The notes below the pieces were generated by a model. The model was not told the origin of the DNA, ran no database searches, and saw nothing but the letters and a program-made list of their open reading frames with translations. Both the position numbers and the translations under genes were made by a program. DNA of 61,706 nucleotides, the filler included, from Sluysia triapertura (Eukaryota), in the NCBI GenBank assembly GCA_046118255.1. It is 5 parts of 5 records of this genome, joined end to end, with 100 filler letters (N's around TTAATTAATTAA, not from the genome) between each part and the next. Parts side by side here need not be neighbours in the genome. Positions count along the whole stretch, not along the records: positions 49,423 to 61,706 come from JBJNIA010123414.1; 4 more parts are not named here. The stretch is one strand, 5' to 3'. How positions within the stretch are numbered: position 1 is the stretch's first letter; every line of letters starts with the position of its first letter. Shown in pieces: positions 56,401 through 61,706 of this stretch.

Positions 56401-59400
56401 AATTACCTTTATTATCATTATTATTACAAAGATTATTATTTTTTTGTATTTTTATAAGTTTTATAAATTTTATGATTTTGATATAAATATTAAATGTACA
56501 ACTCAATATTGCGATGGAATAACTAGTTTTAATTTGTACTACATTATTAATAATAAAACAATTTTAATACCTCTTGATATGTCAAAATATAAATATTCCA
56601 TTTTAATTGCTAATAATATTGTCTACATTGATCGACAAACAATTGTATTTCGAAGTTATTTACCAGCTGTTGTATGCATTTGTATTTGCAATGCTACTAT
56701 TGCATGTCTGAGTAATGTCATAGTATTAAATTTAGGATAATCTTTTGAATTTAAAAGTGAACCTCTTGCTACATTTTTAATTTATATATTCTTATTACAA
56801 TTTTCAACTTGTATTCAACCACTGAAAGAAATTAACCATGCTTTATTAAAATTTATTTAACATTCTTATGGTTGGTCGCAAAATATTGTATCAATTGAGA
56901 TGGTATCAAATGATATAAATTCCAGAGCATTCGTCGTTTTGACGTTTGGTATTTGATGTCATATTTTTATTCTTGTTCTATAATAAAATTTTCCAAAATT
57001 TTGTTGTTCTAATGTTACTAAAATTCAGTTTTGCTTCAAAATTTATTAATTAATATTGAAAGTTGCTATTTAATTTTAAAAGGTTTAATTTGCTTAGATA
57101 ATTTAAAATATAACTTGTTAGTAAAGTTAAATAAAACTTTAATTCGAAAAAAGCCCTCCAAATTTACATTAAAAAATTAAAATCAAAAATAAAATGGAGT
57201 TCAGTTAATATATAATTGAACGTGTGTCATATTTAATTAACAAATCAATAAGAATACGAATCAAACAACAGTATTGGAAAAACAAAATTCTAAACTTTAT
57301 TAAAATTGATTTGAATAAATGAATACTAACAAACACAAGCCAGGACGTGATTAGAAAATAAATGTACATGAATGTATCTGTAAACCTTACAATTACCAAG
57401 AAAATATTATAGCTTTTGTAAATTTAATATGATTGGAATTAGATGTTTTTGCGAATGTATTTAAGATTGAAGTGTTTATGAAGTGTAATTTTGTCATTTT
57501 ATTGAATCTAAGGATGAGACACATTTATATAGTAAGTAAATTGAATATAATTAGATAAATTTCATTCATGAATCTTATTAAAATCGTGGTAATGTAGAGA
57601 TTGTCGAGTTTTATCTTAAGTTTTTTAACCTTTTTTAAAGCTAAATACATTGTCACCTAAAAGAAAACTTCGGCTCGGGTTTATTTCAACTTGAATACAG
57701 AGTATTTCATGATTTTATCCTTTGTATTTTAACTTGGTGTTTTTTTTTATATTTTTATTCTCCGTTTCTGATTTTAGTTTTTATATAAATGGAAATCAAA
57801 CTTTGCCTAAAAAAATAAATACGCATAAAGTGCAATCATAAACATAAAAATAGATAAGAACTTGTATTATTTACATCCTTTAGCGAACTGCTAGTTTCAT
57901 TTGATGCATAATTGACACGCTTAGCGAATCTGCATTCAATATAGTAAATAAATGCATAACTTTTACTTGTCATTTGCATTTTTTAACAGTTTCTTTATCA
58001 ACATTAATAGATCTTTGTAATTAAATCCCATTATCCTTATATATTTGAAATGTTGATGACAAACATGTGAAACATGTGCTTTGAATCGCTTTCTGAACAC
58101 AATAGGAGATCCATCTATGGTTATAATAGATATTTTCCACAATTCAACATTAAGCTTGCACACACTTAAATACATGGAACTCAAAAAATTGTCATCAGTT
58201 TAGTTTCATTAAACAAATTAGATCCACTTAGATATTGATGTCCATAAAGTGTCAATATAACTGTTGAAACGTTTTAGTTGTACCACAATAAAATTTAATG
58301 TCATATAATTCGGTAATAATCTTTTTAATTCAATCTTATGGTATGCAAAAATCAACTGCACATTTCAATTTATTATTTGTAAATGGAAATTTGTAATCAA
58401 ATTCTTTTTGACTTTAAGTGTACTTTTGTGTCTGGTCTTTCATTCTTCTTACATGATCTTTGCATAAATTCAAATATTATTTAGTATTTGGATGTCTGGT
58501 ATAGGAATGTTTAAAATGATGTTATAAATTGTGTGCATGATTTCTAAATTTACTGAATTTTATTGTGGTGAAATATTTAATATTGTTTAAATATAATCTA
58601 CTTGAGTTTTTGATCATACGTATGCCTACAGCAGGCGAAGTTTGGTCATCCGTTAAAATCTGCAAAAGATCGACTAATTCGTCAAGCAATACTTCTGTGA
58701 AAAAACCAATGTAAGGCATTGCCCATCGTATTTGCACAATACCTGCTCTCTAGCAAAAATGTGCAAAAAAAAATCGGCGCTCCAGTGACAGACTGCGAAA
58801 GGCGTAAAAGTATGCTGCCCGCATTCAATGTAAAAGTATTCAATAATACTAACAGTGACATGCAAACTTTGTTTAGATTGTAGTAACATTCGATTATTTT
58901 GCGACATTTAAATCTTAATCGATATTTCACATATTATTATTGATTAAAAAAGTTTGTTGAATTTTTAAAGATATTTCGCCACTTCATACATTTGGATAAT
59001 TTGTGTATGTTGAAAATCGCACAATTTTATAAAATAGTGATTTCATTAAATCGACATCAATTAACTCATTTGTTTAATAATCATACAGTATTTAATAAAT
59101 TTCTAAAGAAATAAGATTGTTAAAGTAAATCGGAAAGGTATTCTTTAAATTGTAGGTTTTATAAATAAATTAAAAGATTATTAAAAATAATAAATAAACT
59201 CGATAAATAATTGATAAACTTCAAAATTGATTCGACATTAAAAATTATACTTGGCCTCTTTTATTTTGTTTTATCATATAGTTCATTTCATTATTAAAAA
59301 ATAAATTTTGATATTTTAATTTCAATGGAGAATTATCGGGAATAGAGAATTACGGTTCTACGATCTTCCATCAGAGACAAATCATAACTAATAACGTTTA

Positions 59401-60594
59401 AAAAGAAAATCATAGATGATACTTTCATTAAGTTAATGAAAGAATTACGCGAACAAAGTCGAAGTTTTATAGCACATTTTACTTTTAATACTATCTATTT
59501 GAATATACTTTTGTTGTTTCACAAATGAATATAAAAGTAAAATATATTAAAAAGCTATTTAATATATTTTTCGTTAAATATAACAAAATATTTTATTAAT
59601 TTATTACTTATTCCAGTCTTAAAAAGTTTGGGGTTCAGGTACAGTGACTCAATAAAATGACATATTAAGTAAGTTTGTTTTATCAGCTTTTATTGTGACT
59701 TCATAATAGCAGATCTATCGGATAAAAAGCAAATATTAAAGCAGATGGATTATTTTCAGAAAATAAGTAGGGTTTTAGTGGTTTTTAATTGCGGGTAAAT
59801 GGATTATCAAATTGAAATGATGAAATGGTAATCAGAATGATTGTCAATATTCAGAAGTGTTGTTGATTCATGGAAATATTTTGTTTAAATAATTGAAGCT
59901 AATCTAAAGATCACTTTGATGCAATTAAAGTTTTGTGAATAAATAATTATTTAATCGTTTGCTCTATATTATTCAAGAGGTGTCATGTACAAGACAGAAA
60001 ATGGTAACCTTGTGGAAAACATGAAAGAATCAAGGTATTCAGTGAAATTCCTGTTTTGCATAGTTTTGCATCAATGGAATTTTAAAAAATTAACAAAATT
60101 AACCTTATTGGGTCTGTTGGAAATCAAGAATCCTACATAAAGGTTGGGTAAAAGAATGCTTTATATGCATAAGTAACTTATCACTTTGTTAATCTAAAAT
60201 AGAAGTATTATGATGAGGATGGATTTAGAATTCATGAATGTTTTTCTACGTTATTTGTGAAGAAACGAACTATTAGTTACCAATAAATTTGCCAGAAATT
60301 GTTCCGATCATGTTAAGTAAACTTTGTTTCAATGTTATTGATTTTAATTGTTTTTTCTTTATGAAAAATTTTAAATTAGGTTATTTTTACTTTGACCTTG
60401 ACTATTGAAATATTTAAATACATTGTAAAATTAAAATATAATAAAGTATTGATTTTGAAAATTTGGTTATCTCATTTTTTGTAAATATAGTTCTATCAAA
60501 TTTTAATACGTAAAAATGAGTTGATTATTTTCATTTTATATTTAGCTTTGTGTGCAAAAATTAAGAATTCTTATTGAAGATTCTGATCAAAATT
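50436..60594 (+). CDS. AP3D1: AP-3 complex subunit delta, four internal exons (50436-50509, 51378-51427, 51535-51584, 60546-60594)
   Basis: Spliced FGALTPLEPRLGKKLIEPLTNLIH|STSAMSLLYECINTVIA|VLISISSGIPNHSASIQ|LCVQKLRILIEDSDQN. Exons are 74/50/50/49 nt with consistent phases; GT-AG introns are 868, 107 and 8961 nt. Confidence 0.96.
51913..52760 (+). mobile_element. Heavily decayed mariner transposon in an AP3D1 intron
   Basis: Start TA|TATGGTGTGTCAA; HTH fragments DKIHIRH and YKDSLSLRTIEKWFQKF; ILTHPIY..SP resembles the HPPYSPDL motif. Confidence 0.6.
53540..54240 (-). pseudogene. Decayed tandem WSC-domain-like relic
   Basis: YKYCFV*KDP ... FVHLVFGHICYCGGNL and a second STCSCGSKL. Confidence 0.4.
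56480..56830 (+). pseudogene. Decayed LRR-like relic
   Basis: KCTTQYCDG...IPLDMSK..ILIANNIVYIDRQT...LSNVIVLNLG. Confidence 0.3.
59990..60270 (+). pseudogene. Decayed C-type-lectin-like relic
   Basis: Single frame PYWVCW...KECFIC...GWI*NS*MFFYVICEE, with several stops. Confidence 0.35.
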
Positions 60595-61706
60595 GTTAGT
60601 CAGATATTGTAAAATTAGATATTTTTTTTATCAGGCGTTATATTAAGTACTTCAGTTTTATATTAGAATTATTTATAAACTTAAACTTTGTGTTGGTTAA
60701 ATTTCTTTGCTTATTTTACTGATTTTTAAGAGAAATATTGTGGATAATCGCAATATAATGAAATTCTAACTCTTTGTTCATGTACTTTATCATGTTACAC
60801 ATATACAAAGCTTCAATTTACAACAGAAAATATATATATATAAATCAATACTAAGAATAGAATATAAACCAATGAAATGAATTTACTTCTGCAGCATTTA
60901 AAACTGGCTGTGTAAATTGATGCATCCAAATTGAAATACGATAAACAATTGCATAATTCGATATTTTTAGCATCATTGAAATTTTTTTGTATACAAATTT
61001 AACTTAATTACATTATTTTAATGTAAACAAAACAATTAAACCAAAATTGTAAAATCTGCACTTATTTTAGAAGGAAAACTAAAATTAAATCTTAACAACA
61101 ATAGGGAACACCATGGTAGTATTTAATTTGCATTAAATAGTATATATAAATGCTTGCCGCATTCAACCGTAACCGAATTTGGCAAAACCAAGAACTTTGC
61201 TTAGTATTTTCCAGACTACAATCCATTAATTTCTATTCGACTATTGTTTGGTTTCTTTTCTGCTGTTAGTGTATTCATTAGTGAGATCTTCGGACAATTG
61301 AAAAATTGCTTTCCGATTATATTTCTATCACAACTTTCTTTGAATAAAATATATATCGAACTAAACTTGTCAATTCGCATGCACACTCCTTTTTTACTTT
61401 TTAGTTTCTGTTCATAATTTTGTAGGAAAAATGTGTCCATAAATGAGACAACTTAAGCTCCTTGAAAATGCAAAGTAAATACGCGTCTCTAGTTCAGTGC
61501 AAGATTTTATAAAACTCGTCAATTTAGAAATCCAGATGCATTATTAACATTACCAAACATAAGAAATTTATAATATAGTGTGAGGTGGCAATCCACCAAT
61601 GTAGCGATCCATTATCTTTTCTTATTTAGTACCATAAGCAGCAATTTTTCGATTGTTCTATCTAGTTCAATATCTGAATAAATATGCAGTCTACTGCTAC
61701 TTTGGC

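Noticed and set aside
57963-58930. THAP/P-element transposase call (VCHQHF, LSQSV)
   Set aside because: The motif order is wrong for a P transposase and no catalytic motifs are recognisable; left unassigned.

Overview
Very AT-rich animal (bilaterian-like) genomic DNA. It is not one locus: five scaffolds are joined by artificial 100-bp linkers (44N-TTAATTAATTAA-44N) at 11484-11583, 23315-23414, 36508-36607 and 49323-49422, with a plain N gap at 49069-49198. Host gene pieces are four AP3D1 exons (introns up to 9 kb), the 5' part of PGM2 (35-41 nt introns), one guanylate cyclase exon lacking the catalytic Asn/Arg pair, and one abLIM/unc-115-like LIM exon. Most of the rest is decayed transposon DNA: a hAT with intact TIRs and TSD, an L2-clade LINE, piggyBac, mariner, pogo and a gag relic. 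There are also intronless relics of LRR, 7TM, WSC, C-lectin and discoidin modules. The most unusual signal is a dispersed non-coding family. It has arrays of short hairpins with compensatory substitutions, followed by a 27-bp GTAAG...ACTCAC motif. In one copy the motif is exactly complementary to the CCA-matured 3' end of a tRNA-Ala-like unit, which itself sits inside a repeated TG...CA module. All homology calls are by eye, without database searches.
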